From positions 1 through 48,790 of the forward strand of contig CAZBDE010000001.1 of assembly GCA_964490415.1 (NCBI GenBank): a stretch of DNA of 48,790 bases, read 5' to 3'. Each line of letters starts with the position of its first letter. Position 1 is the stretch's first letter. The notes beneath the pieces are model-generated. The model had not been told where the DNA came from. It was given only the letters and a program-made list of their open reading frames with translations, and did not search any database. The position numbers and the translations under genes were made by a program. This document shows positions 10,619-23,248 of this stretch, piece after piece. Source of the DNA: an uncultured Pseudoxanthomonas sp. GTDB lineage: Bacteria > Pseudomonadota > Gammaproteobacteria > Xanthomonadales > Xanthomonadaceae.

Positions 10619-10744
10619 GAGCGCGACGCCAGGCGGATCGCGTGCCAGGACGGTCTGGCGAGGGCTCCCGCGGGAGCGCCGCGACCGCGCAACGCAGATC
10701 GCGCGCCAGGACGGTATCCTCGCGGGGTCCGCATGGAGACCCCG

Positions 10745-11515
10745 ATGAGCGACAGCCCACGCATCGCCTTCCTGGCCAGCAGCGCGCCCAATGCCCGGCA
10801 GGCGCTGGAGGCGATGATCGCGCGCCATGGCCAGCACGCCCCGGAGGACGCGGACGTGATCTGCTCCCTGGGCGGCGATGGCTTCATGCTGCAGACGCTG
10901 CACCGGCACGGCGGGCTCGGCAAGCCGGTGTACGGCATGAAGCTGGGCACGGTCGGCTTCCTGATGAACCATTACCACGCCGACGACCTGCTCGGGCGCA
11001 TCGCCGGCGCCGAGCCGGCCACGCTGCGGCCGCTGGAGATGATCGCGCAGACCGAGTCGGGCGGCAGCATCGGTTCGCTGGCCTACAACGAGGTGTCGCT
11101 GCTGCGGCAGACGCGGCAGGCCGCGCACGTCCGCATCGGCCTGAACGGACAGACCCGCCTGGACGAACTGATCTGCGACGGCGTGATGGTGGCCACGCCC
11201 GCCGGCAGCACCGCCTACAACTTCTCCGCGCACGGGCCGATCCTGCCGCTGGGCTCGCACACCATCGCCCTGACCCCGATCGCCGCGTTCCGGCCGCGCC
11301 GCTGGCGCGGCGCGATCCTCAAGGCCGACACCGAGATCCGCTTCGAGGTGCTGGATCCCTACAAGCGGCCGGTCAGCGTCACCGCCGACTCGCACGAGAC
11401 GCGCGACGTGGTCGAGGTGGTAATCCGCGAGTCGACCGATCGCACCGTGACGTTGCTGTTCGATCCCGAACACAACCTCGAGGAACGTATCCTCAGCGAG
11501 CAATTCGTGGTATGA
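10745..11515 (+). CDS. nadK: NAD kinase
   Basis: [42 protein letters not shown] motifs. Confidence 0.93.
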   Translation: MSDSPRIAFLASSAPNARQALEAMIARHGQHAPEDADVICSLGGDGFMLQTLHRHGGLGKPVYGMKLGTVGFLMNHYHADDLLGRIAGAEPATLRPLEMIAQTESGGSIGSLAYNEVSLLRQTRQAAHVRIGLNGQTRLDELICDGVMVATPAGSTAYNFSAHGPILPLGSHTIALTPIAAFRPRRWRGAILKADTEIRFEVLDPYKRPVSVTADSHETRDVVEVVIRESTDRTVTLLFDPEHNLEERILSEQFVV

Positions 11516-11636
11516 CATGACTGTTCGTTCCGCCCGCATGCGGATCGACAGGGCCGGGTGAAGTGGGCAGTCCTTCCCGGCCATCAGACAATTCGGGGTT
11601 TGAGCACCAGCTACACAGCTTGAGGGGAGGGGTCCC

Positions 11637-12110
11637 GTGAAGTTGCGGTTTCTGTTGCTGCTATGCGCCTTGCCGGCGCATGCGGCCGCGGCGTGCATGT
11701 TCACCAGCAACATGGCGCCATTCCAGGGTGATACGTCGGTCCTGGTCGACAACACGGGCATTCCTGCGCCCGAGATCGAAGCGACCAGCCTCATACGCGG
11801 CGCCGGCGGCGGTGCCACCTGCGATGCGCTGGGTTTCCTGTCCGTGCAGATCAAGTGGCCGCGCGGCAGCGACTACGACCTGGACCAGGTCGGCTTCGAG
11901 TATCGGGTCGTGTCCGGCGAGGTTCCGGCGGGGCTGCTTCCCGGAGGCGTCCTGGTGTCGCCGTCGAGCGGTCGCAAGGCCGAGCACCAGTTCGCCTGGG
12001 ACGACCTGCCGCCGGGCCAGCAGCGGCCGATCCACATGGTGCTGGAGGTGCGCGCGGTGACGCCCGACCGGCAGCGCGGCCCACCGGCGCGGATCGTGGT
12101 CAACCAGTAA
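11637..12110 (+). CDS. Hypothetical exported protein
   Basis: GTG start after ggggaggg; signal peptide KLRFLLLLCALPAHA; fills the gap between nadK and the nucleotidase. Confidence 0.7.
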   Translation: MKLRFLLLLCALPAHAAAACMFTSNMAPFQGDTSVLVDNTGIPAPEIEATSLIRGAGGGATCDALGFLSVQIKWPRGSDYDLDQVGFEYRVVSGEVPAGLLPGGVLVSPSSGRKAEHQFAWDDLPPGQQRPIHMVLEVRAVTPDRQRGPPARIVVNQ

Positions 12111-12155
12111 CGGCGGCGCGTCCGCGGTGGGCGCGATTGCCCGATAATGGCGGCC

Positions 12156-13073
12156 ATGGCCCGACCCGACGACAACAGCCCACGCCTGCTCACCGTCGCG
12201 GTCACCTCGCGTGCGCTGTTCGACCTCGAGGAAAGCCATGCCCTCTACGAGAGCCAGGGCGTGGACGCCTATGCCGACTACCAGCGCCAGCTCGAAGACG
12301 AAGTGCTGGAGCCGGGCGTGGCGTTCCCGGTGGTACGCAAGCTGCTGGCGTTGAACCGGCGGCTGCCCGCCGGCGCGCCGCAGGTCGAGGTCATCCTGCT
12401 GTCGCGCAATTCGGCCGATACCGGCCTGCGCATCTTCAATTCGATCCAGCGCCACGGGCTGGGCATCGTCCGCGCGGTGTTCACCGCCGGCGAGCCGACC
12501 TGGCCGTATGTGGCGCCGTTCGGCACCGACCTGTTCCTGTCGGCCAATCCCGAATCGGTGCGGCGCTCGCTGCAGCACGGCGTGGCCGCCGCCACCATCC
12601 TGCCGGCACGCGCGGCCGACGCGGCGCGCGACCAGTTGCGCATCGCCTTCGACGGCGACGCGGTGATCTTCGGCGACGAGAGCGAGCGCATCTCGCGCGA
12701 GCAGGGCGTGGAGGCGTTCGGCCTGCACGAACACGCGCGTGCCCGCGAACCGCTGTCCGGCGGGCCGTTCCGCGGCTTCCTCTCCGCGCTGCACGAGATG
12801 CAGGCGCTGTTCCCACCCGGCGAGGACGCGCCGATCCGCACCGCGCTGGTCACCGCGCGCTCCGCGCCGGCGCACGAGCGGGTGATCCGCACCCTGCGCG
12901 AATGGGGCGTGCGCCTGGACGAGGCGCTGTTCCTGGGCGGCCGCGCCAAGGGACCGTTCCTGGCCGCATTCGGTGCGGACATCTTCTTCGACGATTCGGC
13001 GCACAACATCGACAGCGCCCGCCTGCACGTCGCCGCCGGCCACGTGCCGCACGGCGTGGCCAATCCGGACTGA
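12156..13073 (+). CDS. 5'-nucleotidase (cN-I-like, HAD-type)
   Basis: VAVTSRALFDLEE, LRIAFDGDAVIF, LVTARSAPAHER, DIFFDD. Start may be 12147. Confidence 0.9.
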   Translation: MARPDDNSPRLLTVAVTSRALFDLEESHALYESQGVDAYADYQRQLEDEVLEPGVAFPVVRKLLALNRRLPAGAPQVEVILLSRNSADTGLRIFNSIQRHGLGIVRAVFTAGEPTWPYVAPFGTDLFLSANPESVRRSLQHGVAAATILPARAADAARDQLRIAFDGDAVIFGDESERISREQGVEAFGLHEHARAREPLSGGPFRGFLSALHEMQALFPPGEDAPIRTALVTARSAPAHERVIRTLREWGVRLDEALFLGGRAKGPFLAAFGADIFFDDSAHNIDSARLHVAAGHVPHGVANPD

Positions 13074-13109
13074 GGTTCAGGGCCCGCGCCGCTGTGCCCG
13101 CGCGCAGGA

Positions 13110-14402
13110 TCAATCCCTGTGCGAATCCGAAGACCGGTCGCCATGCTGCAGCCAGCCTGCCGCCGTGCGCCCGGCGCGCAGGCCGCTGGCGAAGCAGGCG
13201 GTGAGCAGGTAGCCCCCGGTCGGCGCTTCCCAGTCGAGCATTTCGCCCGCACAGAAAACGCCAGGCATGGCATTGGCCATGAGCATGGTGTCGAGCGCGT
13301 CCAGGCGCACGCCGCCCCCCGTGCTGATCGCCTCGGCCAGAGGGCGAGGGCGCTGCAGCGCCAGTGGCAGGCGCTTGAGCGTGGCCGCCACGCGGCCCAT
13401 GTCGCCCAGCGCGGCGGCATCGAGCACCTCGCGCAGCAGTGCCGCCTTGACCCCTTCCACGCCCGCGTGCCGGCGCAGGTGCTCGGCGAGGCTGCGGCCG
13501 TTGCGCGGGCGCGCCAGGTCGCGCCGCAGGCGGGCCAGGTCGCGGCCCGGGACCAGGTCCAGCCACAGCGGGGTGCTGCCGTCGCGTGCGATCGCATCGC
13601 GCAACGGCACCGACAGCGCATAGACGAGGCTGCCTTCGATGCCGGTGGCGGTGGCCACGCACTCGCCCTGCAACGCGTGTTCGCCGCCGCCGGCATCGCG
13701 CCAGTGCGCGACCACCGGCTTGATCGGCGCGCCGGCGTGGCGTGCGGCGAAATGCGCGCTCCAGTCGATGTCGAAGCCGCAATTGGAAGGCTGCAGCGGC
13801 GCGACCCCGATGCCGCGCGCCCGCAGCGGCGCGACCCAGGCGCCGTCGGAACCGAGCTGCGGCCAGCTGCCGCCGCCCAGTGCCAGCACCGTCGCACCGG
13901 CGCGCACGCGCCGCTCGCCGTCCGGCGTGTCGAAACGCATCGCGCCGGTGTCGTCCCAGCCCCGCCACCGGTGCTGGACATGGAAGCGCACGCCCTGGTC
14001 CTTCAGCCGCCTGACCCAGCCGCGCAGCAGCGGCGCGGCCTTGCGGTCGAGCGGGAACACGCGCTCGGAGCTGCCGACGTAGGTGGCCACGCCGAGGCCG
14101 CGCGCCCACTCGCGCAGTGCGTCCGGGCCGAAGTCGTGCAGCCAGGCCGCCACCGCCGCTTCACGCACGCCGTAGCGGCGGGCGAAGCCGGGCATCGGCT
14201 CGGCATGGGTCAGGTTCAGGCCGCCCTTGCCGGCGATCAGGAACTTGCGTCCGACCGAACCCTTGGCCTCGAACAGGTCGACCTCCACGCCGGCGGCGCG
14301 CGCGACTTCGGCCGCCATCAGGCCGGCCGGGCCGCCACCGACGACGGCCAGCCCGGGCAGGGCCGTCAGCGCGGGCGGAACCGGAGCATGCGCGTCGGAC
14401 AT
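13110..14402 (-). CDS. HI0933/BaiN-like NAD(P)/FAD-dependent flavoprotein
   Basis: VVGGGPAGLMAA, GRKFLIAGKGGLNLT, AISTGGGV, GEMLDWEAPTGGYLLTACFASG. Confidence 0.9.
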   Translation of the reverse strand: MSDAHAPVPPALTALPGLAVVGGGPAGLMAAEVARAAGVEVDLFEAKGSVGRKFLIAGKGGLNLTHAEPMPGFARRYGVREAAVAAWLHDFGPDALREWARGLGVATYVGSSERVFPLDRKAAPLLRGWVRRLKDQGVRFHVQHRWRGWDDTGAMRFDTPDGERRVRAGATVLALGGGSWPQLGSDGAWVAPLRARGIGVAPLQPSNCGFDIDWSAHFAARHAGAPIKPVVAHWRDAGGGEHALQGECVATATGIEGSLVYALSVPLRDAIARDGSTPLWLDLVPGRDLARLRRDLARPRNGRSLAEHLRRHAGVEGVKAALLREVLDAAALGDMGRVAATLKRLPLALQRPRPLAEAISTGGGVRLDALDTMLMANAMPGVFCAGEMLDWEAPTGGYLLTACFASGLRAGRTAAGWLQHGDRSSDSHRD

Positions 14403-14409
14403 GAGTGGC

Positions 14410-14853
14410 TCAGCGCGGCTTCGCGTCCAGCAGTTCGACCTCGAACACCAGCGAGGCGCCGGGCGGAATCACGTCGCCGGCGCCCCTGCGTCCGTAGGCC
14501 TGGTCGGCCGGGATCAGCAGGGTGCGCTGGCCGCCGACCTGCATGCCGGCCACGCCTTCGTCCCAGCCGCGGATCACCCGGCCGGCACCGAGCAGGAAGG
14601 TGAACGGTTCGCCGCGGTCGCGCGAGCTGTCGAACTTCACCCCTCGCAGGTCCGGCGCGCGCTCGTCGTAGAGCCAGCCGGTGTAATGCACGGTCACGTC
14701 GCTGCCCGGCGTGGCCAGCGCGCCGGTGCCGGTGCGCGCATCGATCCTCCGCAGCTCGGCCACGCTGCCGCCCGGCGGCGGGCCACGGTCGGCCTGGCAG
14801 GCGGCGAGGCCGAGGAAGGGCAGCAGGCACAGCAGCATGGGCAAGCGACGCAT
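14410..14853 (-). CDS. FKBP-type peptidyl-prolyl isomerase (lipoprotein)
   Basis: Lipobox [38 protein letters not shown]. Confidence 0.93.
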   Translation of the reverse strand: MRRLPMLLCLLPFLGLAACQADRGPPPGGSVAELRRIDARTGTGALATPGSDVTVHYTGWLYDERAPDLRGVKFDSSRDRGEPFTFLLGAGRVIRGWDEGVAGMQVGGQRTLLIPADQAYGRRGAGDVIPPGASLVFEVELLDAKPR

Positions 14854-14930
14854 GGCGGCGGGGTCTCTCGGGGGGCGGCAAGGGTAACCGATGACGGACC
14901 GGCGACCGGTGCGCCGCTATCATGCGCGCC

Positions 14931-15284
14931 ATGGCCAAATTGCTGTTCAACCTGCGCAACGTGCCCGACGACGAGGCCGACGAGGTCCGCGCCCTGCTCA
15001 CCGCGCACGGCGTGGACTGGTACGAGACCCGGCCCGGGCCGTGGGGCATCTCCCATGGCGGCCTGTGGCTGCGCGACGCGGCAGCGTGGCCGGAGGCGCG
15101 ACGCCTGCTGGACGGCTACCAGCAGACACGGCGGGACCAGGCCAGGGAAGACCTGCAGCGGGAGGGGCGCCAGACCTTCCTCGGCCTGCTGCGGAGCCAC
15201 CCCGGCTACGTCCTGCCACGGCTGCTGGCGATCGTGGCGATCATCGCCCTGGTCCTGGCCTTGCCCTGGCTGCTGCTGCGCTGA
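14931..15284 (+). CDS. Small membrane-anchored conserved protein (DUF6164-like)
   Basis: MAKLLFNLRNVPDDEADEVRALL...YET...WGIS...LW, with a C-terminal TM helix. Confidence 0.75.
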   Translation: MAKLLFNLRNVPDDEADEVRALLTAHGVDWYETRPGPWGISHGGLWLRDAAAWPEARRLLDGYQQTRRDQAREDLQREGRQTFLGLLRSHPGYVLPRLLAIVAIIALVLALPWLLLR

Positions 15285-15351
15285 ACGACGCGGCGCGGAC
15301 CACGACCCCGCCAGTCGCGGGTCGGTGGGATGGGGCGCCTACAATGGGCGC

Positions 15352-16089
15352 ATGCTCAATGTCGCCGCCTACCACTTCACCCCGATCGACGCCCCCGACC
15401 GCCTGGCCGCCCGGCTGCGCGAAGCCGCCGCGCAGGCGGACCTGAAGGGCACGATCCTGGTGGCGGGCGAGGGCATCAACCTGTTCCTCGCCGGCGCGGA
15501 TGCGGCGATCCGCGACTTCGTCGACGCACTGCGCGGACTGCCCGGCATGGAGGGTCTGCAGGCGAAGTACAGCCACAGCGATGAGGTCCCGTTCGCCCGG
15601 CTCAAGGTCAAGGTCAAGGCCGAGATCATCCGCTTCCGGCATCCGGCGGCCACCCCGCTGGCGGCCGGCGAACGCGCGCCGGCAGTCGATCCGCGGACGC
15701 TGGCCCGATGGCTGGAGCAGGGCGGCCGCGACGATGCGGGTCGGCCGGTGCTGCTGCTGGACACGCGCAACCTGGAGGAGGTCGGGCACGGCACCTTCGC
15801 CGGCGCCCTGACCCTGCCGATCACGCGCTTCACCGAACTGCCCGACGCACTGGCGCCGCACCGCGAGGCGCTGCGCGACGCCACCGTGGTCAGCTTCTGC
15901 ACCGGTGGCATCCGCTGCGAGAAGGCGGCGCTGTGGATGCGCCAGGAAGGCATGGACAACGTGCTGCAGCTGGAGGGCGGCATCCTCGGCTACTTCGAAC
16001 ACGTCGGCGGACTGGGCTACGAGGGAAGCTGCTTCGTGTTCGACGGACGCGTGGCGCTGGATCCGCAACTGCGGCCACTGGCCGGATAG
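15352..16089 (+). CDS. trhO: Rhodanese-domain protein, TrhO/YceA (tRNA U34 hydroxylase) family
   Basis: LKGTILVAGEGIN, LLDTRN, FCTGGIRCEKA, QLEGGILGY, GSCFVFD. True start is inside ORF 14227..16089. Confidence 0.85.
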   Translation: MLNVAAYHFTPIDAPDRLAARLREAAAQADLKGTILVAGEGINLFLAGADAAIRDFVDALRGLPGMEGLQAKYSHSDEVPFARLKVKVKAEIIRFRHPAATPLAAGERAPAVDPRTLARWLEQGGRDDAGRPVLLLDTRNLEEVGHGTFAGALTLPITRFTELPDALAPHREALRDATVVSFCTGGIRCEKAALWMRQEGMDNVLQLEGGILGYFEHVGGLGYEGSCFVFDGRVALDPQLRPLAG

Positions 16090-16152
16090 GGCCGCGGAGG
16101 GCAGGGCGCCCGCGGCCTCGTCGCTCGTTCCGGAAAATTTCACGGGAGAGGC

Positions 16153-16181
16153 TTGCGCCCTCCGCCGGGCCTCTCTACAAT
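16153..16181 (+). promoter_or_regulatory. Sigma70 promoter of the tRNA operon
   Basis: TTGCGC-N17-TACAAT, ending 17 nt before tRNA-Ala. Confidence 0.7.
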
Positions 16182-16198
16182 TCCGCTCCTCAGCTCGT

Positions 16199-16274
<76 letters not shown>

Positions 16275-16313
16275 ACTCCTCGCCGTCACCGGCAGGAGAG
16301 CGAAAAGGTTCAA

Positions 16314-16389
16314 GTCCCCATCGTCTAGAGGCCTAGGACATTACCCTTTCACGGTAGCGACCGGGGTTCGAATCCCCGTGGGGACGCCA
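16314..16389 (+). tRNA. tRNA-Glu (TTC)
   Basis: GTCCCCATCGTCTAGAGGCCTAGGAC...ttacc-ctTTCac-ggtag...GGTTCGAATCC...GGGGACGCCA; 76 nt. Confidence 0.97.
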
Positions 16390-16394
16390 GGCAG

Positions 16395-16426
16395 AAAAAG
16401 GGCCCGCATTGCGGGCCCTTTTTTTT
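16395..16426. terminator. Bidirectional intrinsic terminator (tRNA operon / copA)
   Basis: aaaaagggcccgc-att-gcgggccctttttttt. Confidence 0.9.
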
Positions 16427-16522
16427 CTTGGCCGGCCTCCGCGTCGCCGGCGGTTCCGCAGGTCGTGCCGCGTGGTGCCGCGGATCCCGCCCGGGCCGTG
16501 GTCCTCCTGCCGCCCGTCGCGT

Positions 16523-18909
<2,387 letters not shown>

Positions 18910-18913
<4 letters not shown>

Positions 18914-19308
18914 GCGGGGTCACCCGCCAGCGCCGCCATGATCGGGCAGGCGTCCAGCGCGCCGTGCCCGGGGCAGGCATCGACCAGGCCGCGCAGCGCA
19001 TCGCGCACGCGTTCCAGTTCGGCGATGCGGGCCTGGACGAGATCGAGTTTCTCCCGCGCGGCCACGCGCACCTGCGCCATGTCCGCGCCACGCGTGTCGC
19101 TCAGGGCCAGCAGGCCGCGGATCTCGTCCAGGGCGAAGCCGAGTTCCTTGGCGCGGCGGATGAAGCGCAGCCGCTGCGCGTCGCCGGGACCGTACTCGCG
19201 GTAGCCGTTCGCCCGCCGGCGCGGCGGCGGCAGCACCTGCTCGCGCTCGTAGTAGCGGATGGTGTCGATGGGGATGCCCGCGGCGCGGGCCAGCTGTCCG
19301 ATGTTCAT
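18910..19308 (-). CDS. MerR-family metal-responsive regulator
   Basis: MNIGQLAR...TIRYYER...NGYR...[11 protein letters not shown]-terminal [10 protein letters not shown]; stop overlaps the copA start (ATGA). Confidence 0.92.
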
Positions 19309-19334
19309 GCCGGGATTCCTGCGGGAACGTGGCC

Positions 19335-19366
19335 ATTCTCGACCCTGGAGGATGGTCCAGGGTCAA
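19335..19366 (-). promoter_or_regulatory. MerR-type promoter/operator
   Basis: Minus strand TTGACC-N20-GAGAAT with 9-bp dyad gaccctgga-N6-tccagggtc (19341-19364) spanning the long spacer. Confidence 0.8.
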
Positions 19367-19610
19367 GCCTCGAAACGCCTTCACTATTAATTACTTCATG
19401 TATCCAAAATAACTATTTGAAAGTACGTTATTTCACTTGGCGATCAGGCCTTGTTTCGGCGTTGATTCAGGCCAAGGGGCCTGCACTGAAGCCACTCCCG
19501 GGCGATCCGGAGCGGTCCTTCCCGGCCGTGGCCGTCATTTGCTTTTGAAGCGCCCGCGCCACAGCATGGGCCCGCCTTCGCCCGCAAGGGCGGCCTCTGA
19601 GGGGAAGCGC

Positions 19611-21035
19611 ATGGCAACAGCAGGGAAGATGTCGCGGATCCAGTTGACCGCGATGGTGGTCGGCAGCATGGTCGGCGCAGGGATCTTCTCGCTGCCACGC
19701 ACCTTCGCCGCGGCGACCGGGCCACTGGGCGCGGTGATCGCCTGGATCATCGCCGGCACCGGCATGTACATGCTGGCCCGGGTGTTCCAGTTCCTGGCCG
19801 AGCGCAAGCCGCACCTGGACGCCGGCGTGTTCGCCTATGCAAAGGAAGGGTACGGCGACTATCCGGGCTTCCTGTCCGCGTTCGGCTACTGGATCGGCAG
19901 CTGCATCGGCAACGTGTCGTACTGGGTGCTGATCAAATCCACGCTCGGCGCGTTCTTCCCGGTGTTCGGCGAAGGCAACACCGTGGTGGCGATCCTGGTC
20001 GCCTCCACCGGCATATGGCTGTTCCACTTCATGATCCTGCGCGGCATCCAGCAGGCCGCAGCGATCAACCTGGTGGTCACCTTCGCCAAGATCGTGCCGA
20101 TCCTGGTGTTCATCCTGATCCTGTTCTTCGCCTTCAAGATGGACCTGTTCCGCTTCAACTTCTACGGCGCCGGCCTGGAAGGCGGGATCATGGAGCAGGT
20201 CAAGGCGACGATGTTCGTCACCGTGTTCGTGTTCCTGGGCATCGAGGGCGCAAGCGTCTATTCGCGCTACGCGAAGGAGCGCAAGGACGTCGGCTTCGCC
20301 ACCATCGTCGGCTTCCTGTCGGTGACCACGCTCATGGTGCTGGTGACCCTGCTGCCGTACGCGGTGCTGCCGCGCGAGGAGATCGCCGCGATCCGCCAAC
20401 CCTCGATGGCCGGGGTGCTGGAAGCGGTAGTCGGGCCATGGGGCGCGGTCTTCGTCAGCCTGGGCCTGATGGTCTCGGTGCTCGGCGCGTACCTGGCCTG
20501 GTCGCTGATCTGCGCCGAAGTGATGTCCGCCGCCGCGCGCACCCGGGACATGCCGGCGGTGTTCGCGCGCGAGAACAGGGCCAAGGTGCCCTCGGCCGCG
20601 CTGTGGGCCTCGAACATCGTGGTCCAGCTGATCGTGATCAGCACCTACTGGTCCAGCGACGCCTTCTCGCTGATGCTGAACCTGACCAGTGCGATGGCGC
20701 TGATCCCGTTCCTGCTGGTGGCCGGCTACGCGATGAAGCTCACCACCCGCGGGGACACCTACGAGAACGGGCCAGATTCGGCGCGCTCGCGCGACGTCTT
20801 CATCGCGGCGGTGGCGGTGGTCTATACCGGCTTCCTGCTCTATGCCGGTGGATTCAAGTTCATCGTGCTGTCGGCGATCCTGTACGCGCCGGGCAGCGCC
20901 CTGTACTTCTGGGCGCGGCGCGAGCAGGGCAAGAAGATCTTCGACCGGACCGCGGATCTGGTGGTGTTCGTGCTGGCCAGCATCGGCGCGATCGTCGGCG
21001 TGTACTGGATCGCCACCAGCTACATCGTGCTGTAG
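19611..21035 (+). CDS. arcD: Arginine/ornithine antiporter (APC family)
   Basis: VVGSMVGAGIFSLP, VFVFLGIEGASVYS, multiple TM helices, close to arcA; start after gagggg. Confidence 0.88.
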   Translation: MATAGKMSRIQLTAMVVGSMVGAGIFSLPRTFAAATGPLGAVIAWIIAGTGMYMLARVFQFLAERKPHLDAGVFAYAKEGYGDYPGFLSAFGYWIGSCIGNVSYWVLIKSTLGAFFPVFGEGNTVVAILVASTGIWLFHFMILRGIQQAAAINLVVTFAKIVPILVFILILFFAFKMDLFRFNFYGAGLEGGIMEQVKATMFVTVFVFLGIEGASVYSRYAKERKDVGFATIVGFLSVTTLMVLVTLLPYAVLPREEIAAIRQPSMAGVLEAVVGPWGAVFVSLGLMVSVLGAYLAWSLICAEVMSAAARTRDMPAVFARENRAKVPSAALWASNIVVQLIVISTYWSSDAFSLMLNLTSAMALIPFLLVAGYAMKLTTRGDTYENGPDSARSRDVFIAAVAVVYTGFLLYAGGFKFIVLSAILYAPGSALYFWARREQGKKIFDRTADLVVFVLASIGAIVGVYWIATSYIVL

Positions 21036-21062
21036 CCCGGGGCGGACGATCCACACAAGGAA

Positions 21063-21086
21063 ACGCCCCGGCATGGCCGGGGCGTC
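21063..21086. terminator. Hairpin between convergent arcD and slyB
   Basis: acgccccggc-atg-gccggggcgt preceded by an A run. Confidence 0.6.
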
Positions 21087-21138
21087 TCGTTCCGGGACCG
21101 GATGCGGCACGCGAATCCGGTAGGCCCGGTGGGCAACG

Positions 21139-21597
21139 TCAGCGGGTAACCCGGGTGGTGACGCCGTCGGACGCCACGTTGACGCGGTCGCCCACGCGGA
21201 ACGCATTGGGATCGCCTTCCTGGACCACCGCGATGGTGCGGCCGGAATCCAGCTGCACGGTGAGTTCGACGCCCGGCCGGGTGCTGCCGCCGACCGCCTG
21301 GCCCGCCGCGCCACCGGCGACCGCACCGCCCACCGTGGCGGCGGTCTGGCCGCGGCCGCCGCCGACCGTGCTGCCGGCCAGGCCACCCAGGACCGCGCCG
21401 GTGGCGGTGGCGACGTTGCTGCCCTGCTGCTGGATGGTGACCGGACGTACGGCGGTGACCGTGCCGGCCTCGACGGTCTGCTGCCGCCCCACTTCGGAGC
21501 GGTTGAACGTATCGGGACTCTTGTGGCTGGCGCAACCGGAAGCGGCCACTACGCCCAACACCACGATTGCGCTGCCGATCATGACTCGATGCTTCAT
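21139..21597 (-). CDS. slyB: Glycine-zipper 2TM outer-membrane lipoprotein (SlyB/Pcp family)
   Basis: Lipobox ASGC; GAVLGGLAGSTVGGGRG...GAVAGGAAG; GVELTVQLDSG...VVQ...FRVGDRV. Confidence 0.85.
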   Translation of the reverse strand: MKHRVMIGSAIVVLGVVAASGCASHKSPDTFNRSEVGRQQTVEAGTVTAVRPVTIQQQGSNVATATGAVLGGLAGSTVGGGRGQTAATVGGAVAGGAAGQAVGGSTRPGVELTVQLDSGRTIAVVQEGDPNAFRVGDRVNVASDGVTTRVTR

Positions 21598-21917
21598 TGC
21601 GGGCTCCGTTTGGGTAAATCCGTAGAAGGAATCCTGGACAACCAGCCTGTTTGCCCCCGCTTCCTCATCAAAGAAGCGCGCGCAAACGGCGTTGACACAG
21701 GGTATTGACGGACAAGGTTAAGACGGTGTGAGTAAGACCCCTGTGCCCCGAGGTGTCCGGTGGCAGCGGTCGCGCGAGAATCGACAGTCGGCCAGCGTCG
21801 GTGACAAGATGCGCGGCACGCACGGGGGAAAAGCACGGCGGATGACGGCGTCCGGAAGAGCAGGACCGGCGCCAGCCCACATGAATGATCGACACGCATC
21901 TCTGAGGGAGGATCGGC

Positions 21918-23168
21918 ATGGCTACGGGACCTGTCTATGGTGTCCATTCGGAAGTCGGCGTACTGCGCAAGGTGCTGGTCTGTTCGCCAGGCACCGCGCA
22001 CATGCGCCTGACCCCGCGCAACAAGGACGACCTGCTGTTCGACGACGTGATGTGGGTGGACAACGCCAAGCGCGACCACTTCGACTTCGTCTCCAAGATG
22101 CGCGACCGCGGCGTGGACGTGGTCGAGATGCACCAGATGCTGGCAGAAACCGTGGCCCTGCCGGAAGCGCGCAGCTGGATCCTCGACCACCAGATCAACG
22201 CCAACGAAGTCGGCCTGGACGTCATGGCCGACGTGCGCGCCTACCTGGACAGCCTGTCGCCGCAGGATCTGGCCAGCACGCTGATCGGCGGCCTGAGCGT
22301 GCTCGAAGTGCCGGACGATTTCGCCGGTCCGATCCTGCGTGCCTCGCGCGCTGTTCCGGACATGTTCGGCTACCTGCTGCCGCCGCTGCCGAACATGCTC
22401 TACACCCGCGACACCACCTGCTGGATCTACGGCGGCGTGACCCTGAACCCGCTGTACTGGCCGGCGCGCCACGAGGAAACCATCCTCACCACCGCGATCT
22501 ACAGGTTCCACCCGGACTTCGCCAACGCCGGTTTCCCGGTGTGGTACGGCGATCCCACACAGGACCACGGCAACGCCACGCTGGAAGGCGGCGACGTGCT
22601 GGTCCCGGGCAACGGCGTGGTCCTGATCGGCATGAGCGAGCGCAGTTCGCGCACCGCGATCACCCAGGTGGCCAGGTCGCTGTTCGACAACAAGGCAGCG
22701 GAGCGCGTGATCGTCGCCTCCATGCCCAAGCTGCGCTCGGCGATGCACCTGGACACGGTGTTCACCTTCGCCGATCGCGACGTGGCGACCTATTTCCCGG
22801 GCATCGTCGACCAGATCACCCCGATCACGCTGCGTCCCAGCGACAAGGCGCCGGGATTCGAGGCGACGGTGGAGAAGAAGCACTTCAACGACGTGGTCGC
22901 CGAGGCGCTGGGCCTGAAGAAGCTGCGCATGGTCGCAGCCGGCGGCGACCACTACGCGGCCGAGCGCTCGCAATGGGACAGCGGCAACAACCTGGTGGCG
23001 CTGTCGCCGGGCGTGGTCCTGGCCTACGACCGCAACGTGACCACCAACACCGCGCTGCGCAAGGAAGGCATCGAGGTGATCACGATCGTGGGCGCCGAAC
23101 TCGGCCGCGGCCGCGGCGGCGGGCATTGCATGACCTGCCCGCTGATCCGCGACCCGGTGGACGCCTGA
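21918..23168 (+). CDS. arcA: Arginine deiminase
   Basis: [58 protein letters not shown] ggagg. Confidence 0.96.
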   Translation: MATGPVYGVHSEVGVLRKVLVCSPGTAHMRLTPRNKDDLLFDDVMWVDNAKRDHFDFVSKMRDRGVDVVEMHQMLAETVALPEARSWILDHQINANEVGLDVMADVRAYLDSLSPQDLASTLIGGLSVLEVPDDFAGPILRASRAVPDMFGYLLPPLPNMLYTRDTTCWIYGGVTLNPLYWPARHEETILTTAIYRFHPDFANAGFPVWYGDPTQDHGNATLEGGDVLVPGNGVVLIGMSERSSRTAITQVARSLFDNKAAERVIVASMPKLRSAMHLDTVFTFADRDVATYFPGIVDQITPITLRPSDKAPGFEATVEKKHFNDVVAEALGLKKLRMVAAGGDHYAAERSQWDSGNNLVALSPGVVLAYDRNVTTNTALRKEGIEVITIVGAELGRGRGGGHCMTCPLIRDPVDA

Positions 23169-23248
23169 TTCCCGCGTGCCGGCCCGCAGGGCAGGGGAGG
23201 GAACCGGTTCCTCTCCTGCCGCATCCATTCCCCCTTCGACGACACGCG

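Noticed and set aside
4949..11854. 2301-aa minus-strand ORF and other long overlapping ORFs (300..3752, 380..4366, 16409..19204, 19467..21386, 34318..36282)
   Set aside because: They shadow well-supported genes, have no recognisable motifs, and are expected from stop-codon scarcity in high-GC DNA.
21728..23248. 988-aa ORF suggesting a long N-terminal extension of the MipA-like protein
   Set aside because: The first half overlaps arcA in another frame; the signal peptide begins at 23249.
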